Both the position numbers and the translations under genes were made by a program. Source: Candidatus Latescibacterota bacterium (lineage in GTDB: Bacteria > Latescibacterota > UBA2968 > UBA8231). From it: a stretch of 64,000 bases of DNA. The stretch spans positions 2,560,001 to 2,624,000 of the forward strand of contig OZ241362.1 in the NCBI GenBank assembly GCA_965200315.1. The letters are read 5' to 3'. The notes below the pieces were generated by a model. The model had not been told where the DNA came from, did not search any database, and was given only the letters and a program-made list of their open reading frames with translations. Below are positions 27,906-37,427 of this stretch, piece after piece (positions within the stretch are counted from its first letter, which is position 1; the number at the start of each line of letters is the position of its first letter).

Positions 27906-29015
27906 ATGAACGCATACCAACGCTTCGTCCGCCCCCTCCTGTTCCGCTGCGATCCAGAGCGCATCCACGAGCAGACTCTCGAGCTTGGCGAGCGGGTCGG
28001 TTCTTCCGCGCTTGGCCGTCGTCTGCTTTCCAGTCTCTTTGCCTTTGCGGACGCACGGCTTTCTACCCAAGTGGGCAGCTTGCACTTTGCCAATCCGCTG
28101 GGCCTAGCGGCCGGGTTCGACAAAAACGGCCGGGTGATCCAAGCACTTGCGGCCATGGGCTTTGGGTTCGTGGAGGTGGGGTCTGTATCCGCGCATCCCT
28201 CGGCTGGGAACCCGCGGCCCCGCTTGTTTCGCCTGCCGTTAGACGAGGCGATCGTCGTCAATTATGGAGTGCCCAATGACGGGACAACAGTCGTCGCCGC
28301 CCGCGTATCTCAACAGCCGACGGCTACTCCCTTGGGGATCAACCTAGTCGAAACCAATACCGGACGGGCCATGACGCCCGATGCAGTCGTGGCGGAGCTA
28401 GCCGCGGCCCTAGTGCCCTTTGTGGGGCGGGCCGACTACATCGCGTTCAATCTCAACTGTCCGAACACCACCGGCGGCGTCAGCCCATTCACCAGCGGGG
28501 AGCACTTGCGCGACTTGCTGCGGGAATGCGCTGCCATCGACGACTTGCCGCTGGTTTTTCTCAAGCTCACAGCGCACACCGACCCGGCGCGGTTGGACTG
28601 GATGCTGGAGACGGTCGATCCCTTTGCCTTCGTCAAGGGCTTCATCTTCAACCTGCCGCCGGGGACGAATTACCCGCTCAAGTCTCCGGCCCCTCTCTTC
28701 ACCTCCCTGCCCGGCACCTTGTGCGGCCGGCCCGTTCAGGCCCTGATCGACGAAACCGTGCGCTTCTGGTACGGGCGCATCGACCGCCAGCGGCACAAAA
28801 TCATCGGCGTCGGGGGGATTTCATCGGCCGAGGACGCCTACCGCAAAATTCGCCTTGGCGCGTCGCTCGTGCAGCTTTACTCCGCGCTCATTTTTCGGGG
28901 GCCGGGGATCGTGCGGCAAATCAACGCGGGGTTGGCCCGGCTATTGGAACGAGATGGTTTTGTTCGGGTAGAGGACGCGGTGGGAATCGATAACCAAGCA
29001 AAAGCTGCCGTGTGA
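27906..29015 (+). CDS. pyrD: Quinone-dependent dihydroorotate dehydrogenase-like protein (divergent)
   Basis: DPERIH, NPLGLAAGFDKN, GFGFVEVGS, GNPRPRLFRL, CPNT, IIGVGGI and GASLVQLYS motifs. Confidence 0.8.
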   Translation: MNAYQRFVRPLLFRCDPERIHEQTLELGERVGSSALGRRLLSSLFAFADARLSTQVGSLHFANPLGLAAGFDKNGRVIQALAAMGFGFVEVGSVSAHPSAGNPRPRLFRLPLDEAIVVNYGVPNDGTTVVAARVSQQPTATPLGINLVETNTGRAMTPDAVVAELAAALVPFVGRADYIAFNLNCPNTTGGVSPFTSGEHLRDLLRECAAIDDLPLVFLKLTAHTDPARLDWMLETVDPFAFVKGFIFNLPPGTNYPLKSPAPLFTSLPGTLCGRPVQALIDETVRFWYGRIDRQRHKIIGVGGISSAEDAYRKIRLGASLVQLYSALIFRGPGIVRQINAGLARLLERDGFVRVEDAVGIDNQAKAAV

Positions 29016-29087
29016 TCAGGGTTAGTGGCAAGGGACATTTCTCCCTCGGCATCACAGGGCCGCCGCGCACCAAGGCCGAATAGAAGG

Positions 29088-29972
29088 TCAGCTTCGGGCG
29101 TTGATCTGCAAATCCCACGCCCGCCAGTAGTACTTGAGCGGGTCGTCCGCGTCCCACTTGGCGTAAATGTTCTCCCAATCCGTAAAGTGCATGTGCGGCT
29201 CCAGCGAGTCTGCGCGCACCGGGTGGCTCATGGGCTGGTAGCGATAGTCGAGCGAAATGCGCAGGCGGTCACCGCTTTCGTTGTCTTGGCCCTGATGAGC
29301 GGTTAGACTGTGGCATATAAGCACGTCGCCGGCGACAAAATCGCCGCCCGCCCACAGCGTATCCTCGGGCAGCGCGACGGCATGGCCGCCCGCGCCGGTC
29401 GCCGCTTGAACGTCTAGCTTGCCCAGTTTGTGGCTGCCCGGCGCCACCGCCAAGCTGCCCAGCGCGGCCGGACAGTCTCCCGCCGGAATCCAAGCTGTCC
29501 ACGTCTCGTCCGTGCCGCCGATGTAAAAGTTGTCTTGGTGTGGTGGGGTGGTGTGCGCCAGCGCGTTGGGGAAAATGACTCGGCAGATATTGCGGCTGTG
29601 GGGCAGAGCCTCCTCGCCGAAAAGCGTTGCAAACATCGCCAAAATCGCCGGGTGCAAAGCCAGCGCATTAAAAGCGCGCAACCGCTGGACATCGGTGTAA
29701 AAGGCGATCCACTCGGGCGAGCGGCCTTCGATAAAAAGCTGCCCGTCGCGCACGACTCCGTCCATCAAGGGCGCGTCGTCGTCGAGCCAGCCGTGCTGCC
29801 GACAGACTTCGAGAATCTGGCGGCGCAGGTAGAGCACCGCCTCTGAATCCAACAGCGAGCGGAAGAACAAATATCCCTGCTCAACCGCGCGCGCACGCAA
29901 GGCCGCGGGCGCGGCGATCAGGGGTGTGGAATCGACGAAAGGTTCGATGTTGACCATGGTTTGCTGGGCCAT
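29088..29972 (-). CDS. Phytanoyl-CoA dioxygenase (PhyH) family Fe/2OG oxygenase
   Basis: TPPHQD, WIPAGD, PGSH, AGDVL.CH..TAH and RISLDYRYQ motifs. Confidence 0.9.
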   Translation of the reverse strand: MAQQTMVNIEPFVDSTPLIAAPAALRARAVEQGYLFFRSLLDSEAVLYLRRQILEVCRQHGWLDDDAPLMDGVVRDGQLFIEGRSPEWIAFYTDVQRLRAFNALALHPAILAMFATLFGEEALPHSRNICRVIFPNALAHTTPPHQDNFYIGGTDETWTAWIPAGDCPAALGSLAVAPGSHKLGKLDVQAATGAGGHAVALPEDTLWAGGDFVAGDVLICHSLTAHQGQDNESGDRLRISLDYRYQPMSHPVRADSLEPHMHFTDWENIYAKWDADDPLKYYWRAWDLQINARS

Positions 29973-29976
29973 TGAA

Positions 29977-30429
29977 TCACTCCTCTTTTTTGTCCCAAAA
30001 AGCGTGTAAGATGGCGATGTACTCGTCGGAAAGCTCGTGCTCAATCGCCCCTTCAATGACGGCGTTGAGATATTCCTCCGAGGGCAGGTAGTGGTGTCCG
30101 GCGTCGAGGCGGGACAGATACGTCCAAACTTCGCCGAGCTTAGGTATGGTTATCGTGTCCCGCCGGTACTTGATACCTTCACTTTCGTAGTGATCGAGGC
30201 GTCTGAAGTCGTCCTGCGTCATGGCATAGACGACGCCTTCGACGAATGCGTCTGCGTTGGGCCGGATGCTGGCCACGCCCATGCCGCTGCGCGTAAAGGA
30301 GATCATCGGGAAACACAACTCATAGCCTTCCAAGCGCACCACAGAATGGACGCGGGCACCCGGGCAGCGGGCCTGCATCTGGCTTCGGAGCAAGTTGGAC
30401 CCGTAGGCGAAGTAGAGCAATTCAGCCAT
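29977..30429 (-). CDS. Gamma-glutamylcyclotransferase family protein
   Basis: YFAYGSNL, RCP, VEGVVY, LDHYE and PSEEYL motifs. Confidence 0.9.
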   Translation of the reverse strand: MAELLYFAYGSNLLRSQMQARCPGARVHSVVRLEGYELCFPMISFTRSGMGVASIRPNADAFVEGVVYAMTQDDFRRLDHYESEGIKYRRDTITIPKLGEVWTYLSRLDAGHHYLPSEEYLNAVIEGAIEHELSDEYIAILHAFWDKKEE

Positions 30430-30468
30430 TACCAACCTCCTTTGGTTGGGAGAGCTACACCGCGCACG

Positions 30469-31641
30469 TTACCACCCTTTCCACGAGCCATCGGCGTACC
30501 GATACTGGCGATAGGCCATCGGCTCGTAGGGCAGCGCGGCTAGATCGGCTTCCTTGACCTCAACGCCGAGGCCGGGCGCGTCCGAGAGGGCAATATGGCC
30601 ACCCTCAACGCACCAATCGTGATCGACATAGCGGTCGTAGATCGAAAGATAGAAGTGGTTGGTCTCTTGAATGAGGAAATTGCCCATCAGCGCATCGGCT
30701 TGCAGGGTCGCCGCCGTGCAGAGCGGGCCACCGGCATTGTGCGGAGCCATTAGCATCTGTTCGGCTTCGGCCGCGCGGGCGATTTCGAGCAGATGCGCGA
30801 TGCCAAAACAGTGGGTGATATCCGGCTGCAAGTAGGCGCAGGCGCGCTCGGCGATTAGGGGGCGAAATTGTCCTAACGTAAAGAGCTTTTCACCGGTGGC
30901 GATGGGGACGGGGCTTTTGCGCGTCACTTCTAAGAGGGCCTCCACCGAGCCGGTTTTGACCGGCTCTTCGAGCAGCAGCGGGCGGCAGGCTGCGGTGCGC
31001 CGCGCGAATTCGACGCTCATTTCCGGGGTAGGGCTGCCGTGGGCGTCGATCAGGATGTCGAACTCAGCCCCCACTTCCCTCCGCATCGCTTCGACGCAAG
31101 CAACCGAGTGGTCGATGGCCGCACCATCCATCGGCCACGTGCGGTCCTCCAAGGGATTGCCTTTGACACCGGCAAAGCCTTGGGCTTGGATATGGCGCGC
31201 GTCCGCGGCGGCTTGTTTCGGCGCGGCCAAGCTGCCGCCATTGCTATAGACGCGGATTTTGTCGCGCCGCCGGCCGCCCAGCAGGGTATGCACCGGCACG
31301 CCCCAAGCTTTGCCCGCTAAGTCGTGCAGGGCGGCGTCCATGGCGGCGATAGCCGTGCCGAAAACCGGACCGCCCTTCCACGGCAAGCGGTTTTGGATAT
31401 CCTCGGTTAATGCTCGGTAGTGGAGCGGATCGCGGTCCAAGAGCAGCTCTTCCCACGCGGCGAGCGTGGCTTCGACTGAGGGCACCAGCCATTCGCCACT
31501 GCCCTCGCCCCAGCCGCTGAGGCCGACATCCGTCTCTATCTTGAAGAAGAGCCACGTCTTGGAAGAGCTGGCAATCAGCGCGGCGGTGTCTTGGCCCGTG
31601 GGGACGCTAAATTTGTAGGTCTTGGTTGCGGTAATTTTCAC
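30469..31641 (-). CDS. Mandelate racemase/galactonate dehydratase-like enolase superfamily enzyme
   Basis: KIETD.G.SGWGE, DLAGKAWGVPV..LLGG, KxN, DAHG, EEP, ATGE, QPD and APHN motifs. Confidence 0.9.
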   Translation of the reverse strand: MKITATKTYKFSVPTGQDTAALIASSSKTWLFFKIETDVGLSGWGEGSGEWLVPSVEATLAAWEELLLDRDPLHYRALTEDIQNRLPWKGGPVFGTAIAAMDAALHDLAGKAWGVPVHTLLGGRRRDKIRVYSNGGSLAAPKQAAADARHIQAQGFAGVKGNPLEDRTWPMDGAAIDHSVACVEAMRREVGAEFDILIDAHGSPTPEMSVEFARRTAACRPLLLEEPVKTGSVEALLEVTRKSPVPIATGEKLFTLGQFRPLIAERACAYLQPDITHCFGIAHLLEIARAAEAEQMLMAPHNAGGPLCTAATLQADALMGNFLIQETNHFYLSIYDRYVDHDWCVEGGHIALSDAPGLGVEVKEADLAALPYEPMAYRQYRYADGSWKGW

Positions 31642-31659
31642 GGCCGCATCCTGTGGATT

Positions 31660-31687
31660 TTGACAAGGAGTGCGGATATAGTACCAT
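31660..31687 (+). promoter_or_regulatory. Sigma70-type promoter candidate facing the phage-like islet
   Basis: TTGACA (31660-31665), 16 bp, TACCAT (31682-31687). Confidence 0.4.
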
Positions 31688-31820
31688 TCAGACTCGCCGC
31701 ACGCAAACCCTTGTCTCCTCTGAGGGATTATGGCCCAACAACGCTTTCAGCGCACTGCGCCTTAGTCCGCGTTGGAGTGATCGCCGGCCCCGGCGGCCAC
31801 ACCTTGAGCAACGCCAAAAC

Positions 31821-32078
31821 GAAATCACGGAGTATTTCGACTGCGAGCATTTGCCCGAGGACTTGCAGCCGGTCAGCGCGGAAGTAGGGGAGGCCGCCCG
31901 CTACATGGACGAGACCCCGCCCAACTGCGCCAAGAAATCTATTGGACTGCGCAAGCTGCTTGAAATGAAGGACTGTCTGGTTCGTGCCGCACTTCGGAAA
32001 CGACGTGCCGGCAATCACAAAAAACCTGAACTCACCAACCACCCAACACCCAAGCGAGGGGATCATCATGGGTTTTGA
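31821..32078 (+). pseudogene. Small phage-type helical-hairpin protein (YF..EHLP..LQ.VS...GLRKLLE.KD..VRA), possibly degenerate
   Basis: Core at 31821-32000: EITEYFDCEHLPEDLQPVSAEVGEAARYMDETPPNCAKKSIGLRKLLEMKDCLVRAALRK. No good start codon next to the core. Confidence 0.6.
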
Positions 32079-32631
32079 AGAAGCAGTAGATAAAGTACTG
32101 GCCCACGAAGGAGGCTTCGTGGATGACCCCGCCGACCGGGGCGGCATGACCTTTATGGGCATTTCGCGCCGGTGGTTCCCAGACGAGCCCCTTTGGAAGA
32201 AGATCAACTCCTTGCTAGATGAAGGTCGCAATCCCAATGAGGCGATGGACGAGCTACGCCCCGACGTGAAGGACTTTTACCGGCGCGAGTTTTGGAACAA
32301 GTACGGTTGCGAAACCTTGCCCGAAAGCATCAAGGAGCGCCACTTTGATTTTACCGTCAATGCCGGCGCGGGGTCGGCCACCAAGATCATACAGATCCTT
32401 GGGAATGTCTTTTGCCAAGAGGAACTTGGGGGAGTCATCGACGAGGATGGCCTTACCGGCCCCGCGACCCGTCGAGCCATCGAGGCACTGGGCAATCTCG
32501 GCGAGGACATGCAAGAGATTCTACCGATTGCGTACCGCTCCCTACAGGGCGTCCACTTTCTCGACATCTACAAGTCCAATCGCAGTCAAGGCCGATTCAT
32601 TCGCGGCTGGCTACTCAATAGAGCCCGCTAG
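32068..32631 (+). CDS. Glycoside hydrolase family 108 lysozyme (endolysin/secretion activator type)
   Basis: HEGGFVDDPADRGGMTFMGI, FYRREFW, FDFTVNAG, DGLTGPAT and FIRGWL motifs. Confidence 0.92.
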   Translation: MGFEEAVDKVLAHEGGFVDDPADRGGMTFMGISRRWFPDEPLWKKINSLLDEGRNPNEAMDELRPDVKDFYRREFWNKYGCETLPESIKERHFDFTVNAGAGSATKIIQILGNVFCQEELGGVIDEDGLTGPATRRAIEALGNLGEDMQEILPIAYRSLQGVHFLDIYKSNRSQGRFIRGWLLNRAR

Positions 32632-32707
32632 CGCCCACCCTGCTGTGGGCCTCGCAAGACGCAAGATAGCTTAGTTTGGCAGCAAGCCAAAACAAAGGAA
32701 AACACCC

Positions 32708-33799
32708 ATGAAAGCTTGGCGCTTCTATGCCTTCGGCGACATGCGGCTCGACGACATTGAGCTGGAGCCCTGCCCACCCGACCACGTGCTAGTCGAGCCG
32801 CTGGTAGTCCAACCCAGCGCCACCGAAGCCCAGCTCGCCTTTGGCATTCCGACTTTGGCGTACGACCACATCAAGAGCCGGCTGCAAACGGACGCGCCGC
32901 TCCAGCTCTTCGGCCACGAATTTTGCGCCCGCATTGTAGAGGTCGGCTCAGCCGTCACAGGATACGCCCCCGGCGACCGCGTGGCGGCCCGTGCCAAGCT
33001 GCCCTGCGGCGAATGCTCCACGTGCAGCGCCGAGCGCAGCGACGACTGCCGGCTCGGTCCGATCATTGGTTTCCAACTGCGAGGCTGCTTTGCCGAGCGC
33101 GCTCTGCTCCCGGCCATCGCGCTGGTCAAGGTCGATGACCGCATCTCCGACAGCGAGGCCGCCACCCTGCAATCGCTGAGCGACAGCATCGCCGGCGTCG
33201 AGACCGCGCAGATCCGGCCGGGCGATTCGGTCGCCGTCTTTGGCCAAGGCAGCATGGGCATCGAGAGCATGCAGGCCGCACGCGCCTGCGGAGCGGGCCA
33301 GCTCATCACCGTGGATGTGCGGCCCGAGGCGTGCGAGATCTCGCTCGCGCTAGGGGCCGATCACGCCATCAACGCCAGTGAGGACGATCCGGTCGAAGCG
33401 ATCCGCGACCTGACCGGCGGCGAGGGCGCCGACGTGGTATTCGAGTGCGCTGGCGGCAGCGTCAAGCTGGGACTGGCCGGCGACCGGGCGCTCAAACAGG
33501 CCATGCACGCGGTGCGCTCCGGCGGCAAGCTGGTGGGCATCTCTTGGTTTGGGGCACCCCTAGAACTGGATGTGGACCTGATGCGGGAGCGCAGCTTGCG
33601 CTACCTCTTCCCGGACATCAGCTCGCAGGCCCATCTGGAGTACACAGTGCGGCTGGTGGCCTCGGGGCGCATCAGCATGAAACCCACCATTCGGCACATA
33701 TTAGAGGGAATCGATAAGGTGCCGGAGGCATTTGAAATCACGGCCCACAAAGCCCAGTACCAAGCCATCAATCCCGCGCAAGTCGTGATCGCCACCTAG
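32708..33799 (+). CDS. Zinc-binding (MDR) sugar/alcohol dehydrogenase
   Basis: GHE, CGECSTC...C structural zinc site, GQGSMG and VFECAG motifs. Confidence 0.9.
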   Translation: MKAWRFYAFGDMRLDDIELEPCPPDHVLVEPLVVQPSATEAQLAFGIPTLAYDHIKSRLQTDAPLQLFGHEFCARIVEVGSAVTGYAPGDRVAARAKLPCGECSTCSAERSDDCRLGPIIGFQLRGCFAERALLPAIALVKVDDRISDSEAATLQSLSDSIAGVETAQIRPGDSVAVFGQGSMGIESMQAARACGAGQLITVDVRPEACEISLALGADHAINASEDDPVEAIRDLTGGEGADVVFECAGGSVKLGLAGDRALKQAMHAVRSGGKLVGISWFGAPLELDVDLMRERSLRYLFPDISSQAHLEYTVRLVASGRISMKPTIRHILEGIDKVPEAFEITAHKAQYQAINPAQVVIAT

Positions 33800-34650
33800 G
33801 GAATATCTGGATAGTTCAACCGCATCCCCGTCTTGTCCAAATCGTACTGCGAGATGTGCCAACGCCCCAAGTTGGCGCTGAGAAAGAGCGAGCGATCCGG
33901 GCCGCAGAAGGCGATATTGGTCGGAGCCGCCATGGCAGTGCCCTCGTAATCGTCGGCCAAAATGTCGAGTTGGCCGTCGGCATACTGATAGATGCGGTCC
34001 GGGCGATAGCAGGAGCAGTACAGGGTGCCCTCGTCGTCAAAGGCGAGGCCATCGGGAACGGTCTGAGGGAGTTCAAACGCGGTCTCGGCGGCACCAGCGC
34101 GGCCGTCGGCCTCGATTTTGATGCGGGCCACTCGGGGGTTGATGCTCATGGCCATGTAGAGGTATTCGCCCGTCGCATCCAGCGCCGTCCCATTGGGGAA
34201 ATCTGCCAAGGCACGGCTCCAGACTTCGCCTTGGCCTCCGGGGGCGATCTTACAAATCCAACCGTCGTTTTGGTGCCAGCCCCCAGAATTGGATACATAC
34301 AAGTTGCCGGCCGCGTCAAAGACCGGGTAGTTGGCCGCAGCCAGCGGCACCTCGCCCGCGTGGTCGCAATACGTGCTGACCGCGCCATCCGGCTCGACGC
34401 GCTTGACGTCGCCGTTACAGACGTACAGGCGGTGCTGGGCATCCTGACAGATGCCGCCGACAAAGCCGTCAACTCGGGCGAACTCTTCAAACTCGCGTCG
34501 GGCTAAGTCGATGCGGTAGATTTGGCCCGCTTCGCCGCCGGCATAGGCATAGCCATCGCAGCCCCAAGCAATGCACTCGGGGTGGTCGAGGCCGCTGCCA
34601 AAATCGCCGATAATCGCTGAAATTTGGGTGTGGGCATCGAGAAGGGCCAT
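33796..34650 (-). CDS. SMP-30/gluconolactonase family protein
   Basis: LDHPE, ANYPVFD..GNLYVS, FPNG, VPDGLAFD and PTNIAF motifs. Confidence 0.9.
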   Translation of the reverse strand: MALLDAHTQISAIIGDFGSGLDHPECIAWGCDGYAYAGGEAGQIYRIDLARREFEEFARVDGFVGGICQDAQHRLYVCNGDVKRVEPDGAVSTYCDHAGEVPLAAANYPVFDAAGNLYVSNSGGWHQNDGWICKIAPGGQGEVWSRALADFPNGTALDATGEYLYMAMSINPRVARIKIEADGRAGAAETAFELPQTVPDGLAFDDEGTLYCSCYRPDRIYQYADGQLDILADDYEGTAMAAPTNIAFCGPDRSLFLSANLGRWHISQYDLDKTGMRLNYPDIP

Positions 34651-35000
34651 AGCGTTCCTTTCGCAATAAGTGTGTAGAGTCGGCACCGACGGTAATTCAA
34701 AGTCTCCGCGCCGACAAGCCCTTTCCACGGGTGCGCCATATCCACCTCACCAACGCGGCTCTGATATACAAAGGACACGCAATATAGCCATCCTAAATTA
34801 TCCCCGAGATAATCCGCAGATAGACGCAGAACAGTAGCAACAAGACGCGATCTGCATAGCGAGTCAAGCCGTTCAGGACTGCTCGTCCCCGGCAAAATCT
34901 AGGTTAGCCACCCTAATGCCCCGCTGGTATTCATACGCTTCATCTACCGGCGCAATGACCCAAGCATTTTCCGGCTGCAAAGCGCCGACCAACGCGGCGG

Positions 35001-35238
35001 CATATACCAAGCCGTCTGTTGAGTCAATGCTAAATCACGAGCCCGTTGATAACTCGACAAACTCTTTTTAGCATTAGCCATCAACTCTAGCGCCAGAAAC
35101 CACTTTTGTAGCAGGACGCGAGTTCCTTGAAAAATCGTACCGGACAGCACGTTAAAACTCGCCCACCTTCTGACCTGCGGCCTTGCGGGCTACTTGGTCG
35201 CTTTGACATGAGGGACAAAGGGCTTTCGCCGGCCAACG
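35001..35238 (-). mobile_element. IS1595-family transposase remnant (N-terminal part, deleted and frameshifted)
   Basis: RWPAKALCPSCQSDQVARK, a gap removing the second Cys pair, then SFNVLSGTIFQGTRVLLQKWFLA...AKKSLSSYQ.ARDL.LTQQTAWYM. DDE domain absent. Confidence 0.8.
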
Positions 35239-35312
35239 GTTACTCCGTTTTTAACGGCCATCTCAACGCAAAATCGCTCTTATAAACGCCTCAGTACGGC
35301 GAAAATATAGAC

Positions 35313-37427
35313 ATGCCGAATTATCAGCTAATGGTACGCAGCTTTGTCATGCCCCTGCTTAAAGATGCAGGGGCAGGCTCTGTCCAGAAACGCCCGTTTG
35401 CGGTTCGGGTGCTGGGCTGGATTCCCGCGTTCGCGGGAACCACAAGCGATGAACGCTGCATAAGGCTGCGTACCATCAGTTATCAGTCAGCTTTCCTCTT
35501 TGCGCTGTATATTTTTGCGTTCGCTCCCTTAAAAACCGCCCACGCTGAATCCGGCGACCCAAGACCGGCAAAAATTCTCAAGCCCTTTCCCGAGCCGGCA
35601 GCAATCGTCGATCCGCCGTGGTTGGTGCGTCGCCAGCAAGCTCAGTTGGAAGCCGCCCAAGCCTACGAGGTCTTTTGCGACTTCTCCTTTACCGACCAGC
35701 TCAAAGTTAGTGGCATTGCGTTTCGCAATAGGGTGGTGGAGGATTCAGCCAAGGACCATCTCCCGGTCCACTACGACCACGGCAATGGGCTGGCGGTGGG
35801 AGACGTGGACGGCGACGGACGCTACGACCTCTACTTTACGACCCAAGTGGGAAGCAATCAGCTATGGCGCAATCTCGGCGGAGCACACTTTGCAGACTAC
35901 ACCACGCCGAGTCTGGAGTTGGCCGACAGGATCGGGGTGAGCGCGTCGTTTGGCGATATTGACAACGATGGCGATGTCGATCTGTACGCTACGGCCGTGC
36001 GGTTGGGCAACCGGCTCTTGGTCAACGACGGAGCCGGCCGCTTTGAGGATATAACCGAGCATTCGGGCACGGGCTGGCAGGCGCACTCGTCGTCCGGTGA
36101 ATTCTTCGACTACGACAACGATGGATTGCTGGATCTGTTTGTGACCAATGTGGGGGTCTATACCCAAGATGAAGAGAGGACCGCGGCGGTCGATCCGACG
36201 CGGCTAAAAGTGGGGGCAACCTACCAGTACTACCGGGGTTTCCAGGATGCCTTCTCCGGGCATTTGAAGCCCGAGCGCGCCGAGCAGAGTGCGCTGTTCA
36301 AGAACCTCGGACAGCGGGTTTTCGCCGAGGTCTCGCACGAGGTGGGGTTATTGGATTCGAGCTGGTCGGGGGACGCCAGTCCGGTGGATTTTAACGGGGA
36401 TGGCTGGCAAGACCTCTACGTGCTCAATATGCAGGGGCATGACTCCTACTACGAGAATGTGGCCGGGCAGCACTTCGTCAAAAAGAGCCGCGAAGTGTTC
36501 CCCAAAACGCCGTGGGGTTCGATGGGAATCAAGGCCCTCGACTACGACAACGACGGCCGGCTAGATCTCTTCGTCTCCGATATGCACTCCGATATGAGTC
36601 AGCCGGCGGGTCCTTGGGACGAAAAACTCAAGTCGTATATCCAATATCCAGACGAATTTTTGCTCAGCGGGGGATTAAGTATCTTCGGCAACGCCTTTTA
36701 CCACCAAGTAGACGAGGGGCAGTTCGAGGAAATTTCCGACCTGATCGGTGCTGAAAACTACTGGCCGTGGGGGTTGAGCAGCGGCGATCTCAACGCCGAT
36801 GGTTGGCAAGATGTGTTCGTGGCTTCGAGCATGAATTATCCCTTTCGCTATGGAGTCAACACCGTCTTGCTCAACGACCAAGGGCGCGGCTTCCTCGACA
36901 GCGAGTTTGTGTTAGGAGTGGAGCCGCGACGCGACGGTCGCACCGCGCAGCCGTGGTTCGCCCTCGACTGCGACGAGGCGGATTTAAAGCACAAGCTCTG
37001 CGAGGGGCAGGAAGGGGGCTTGCTGGTGTACGGCGCCTTGGGGACGCGCTCGTCGGCTCTGTTCGACGTGGAGGGCGATGGCGATATCGACATTGTGACC
37101 AATGAGTTCAATGGGGTGCCGCTGGTCTTGCTCAGCGATCTGAGTCAGCGTCGGGCGGTGCGTTATGTGGAGGTAGTACTGGCGGGAAAATCGTCGAATC
37201 GGGATGGGTTGGGCGCGGTGGTCTCAGTAGAAGCCGGCGATCAAGTATATACCCAAGTGCAGGATGGGCAGTCGGGGTATCTGTCGCAGAGCGTTTATGG
37301 ACTCTACTTTGGCTTGGGGAAGGCGACGGTGATAGATCGCCTAACGGTGCGCTGGCCCTCGGGTCCGGTACAAATCTTGGATGGTCCCTTCCAGACCAAC
37401 CAGCGACTCCGCGTAGAGGAACCGTAG
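35313..37427 (+). CDS. CRTAC1/ASPIC-UnbV FG-GAP repeat protein with in-frame MITE insertion in its N-terminus
   Basis: Repeated GD.D.DG..DL loops and C-terminal SNRDGLGA...GYLSQS...FGLG...VRWPSG. Removing 159 bp restores MPNYQSAFLFALYIFAFAPLKTAHA|E. Confidence 0.9.
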   Translation: MPNYQLMVRSFVMPLLKDAGAGSVQKRPFAVRVLGWIPAFAGTTSDERCIRLRTISYQSAFLFALYIFAFAPLKTAHAESGDPRPAKILKPFPEPAAIVDPPWLVRRQQAQLEAAQAYEVFCDFSFTDQLKVSGIAFRNRVVEDSAKDHLPVHYDHGNGLAVGDVDGDGRYDLYFTTQVGSNQLWRNLGGAHFADYTTPSLELADRIGVSASFGDIDNDGDVDLYATAVRLGNRLLVNDGAGRFEDITEHSGTGWQAHSSSGEFFDYDNDGLLDLFVTNVGVYTQDEERTAAVDPTRLKVGATYQYYRGFQDAFSGHLKPERAEQSALFKNLGQRVFAEVSHEVGLLDSSWSGDASPVDFNGDGWQDLYVLNMQGHDSYYENVAGQHFVKKSREVFPKTPWGSMGIKALDYDNDGRLDLFVSDMHSDMSQPAGPWDEKLKSYIQYPDEFLLSGGLSIFGNAFYHQVDEGQFEEISDLIGAENYWPWGLSSGDLNADGWQDVFVASSMNYPFRYGVNTVLLNDQGRGFLDSEFVLGVEPRRDGRTAQPWFALDCDEADLKHKLCEGQEGGLLVYGALGTRSSALFDVEGDGDIDIVTNEFNGVPLVLLSDLSQRRAVRYVEVVLAGKSSNRDGLGAVVSVEAGDQVYTQVQDGQSGYLSQSVYGLYFGLGKATVIDRLTVRWPSGPVQILDGPFQTNQRLRVEEP
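35328..35479. mobile_element. 152-bp MITE, family A copy 1
   Basis: TIR ctaatggtacgcagc / gctgcgtaccatcag (14/15); perfect 7-bp TSD ttatcag (35321-35327, 35480-35486); internal hairpins gcccctgc...gcaggggc and ttcccgcg-tt-cgcgggaa. Confidence 0.88.

Noticed and set aside
31732-31778. attC-like sequence gcccaac...gttggag upstream of the phage-like islet
   Set aside because: Only about 46 bp, the L boxes do not pair properly, and there is no integrase or second attC in the window.
34700-34900. Possible small gene or TA promoter remnant upstream of the SMP-30 gene
   Set aside because: Short palindromes and an SD-ATG are present, but no recognisable protein follows.
35290-35298. ctcagtac matching the TIR of the 15797 element (also at about 22290)
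   Set aside because: 8-9-bp matches with no partner end, and the orientation does not fit the IS1595 remnant.
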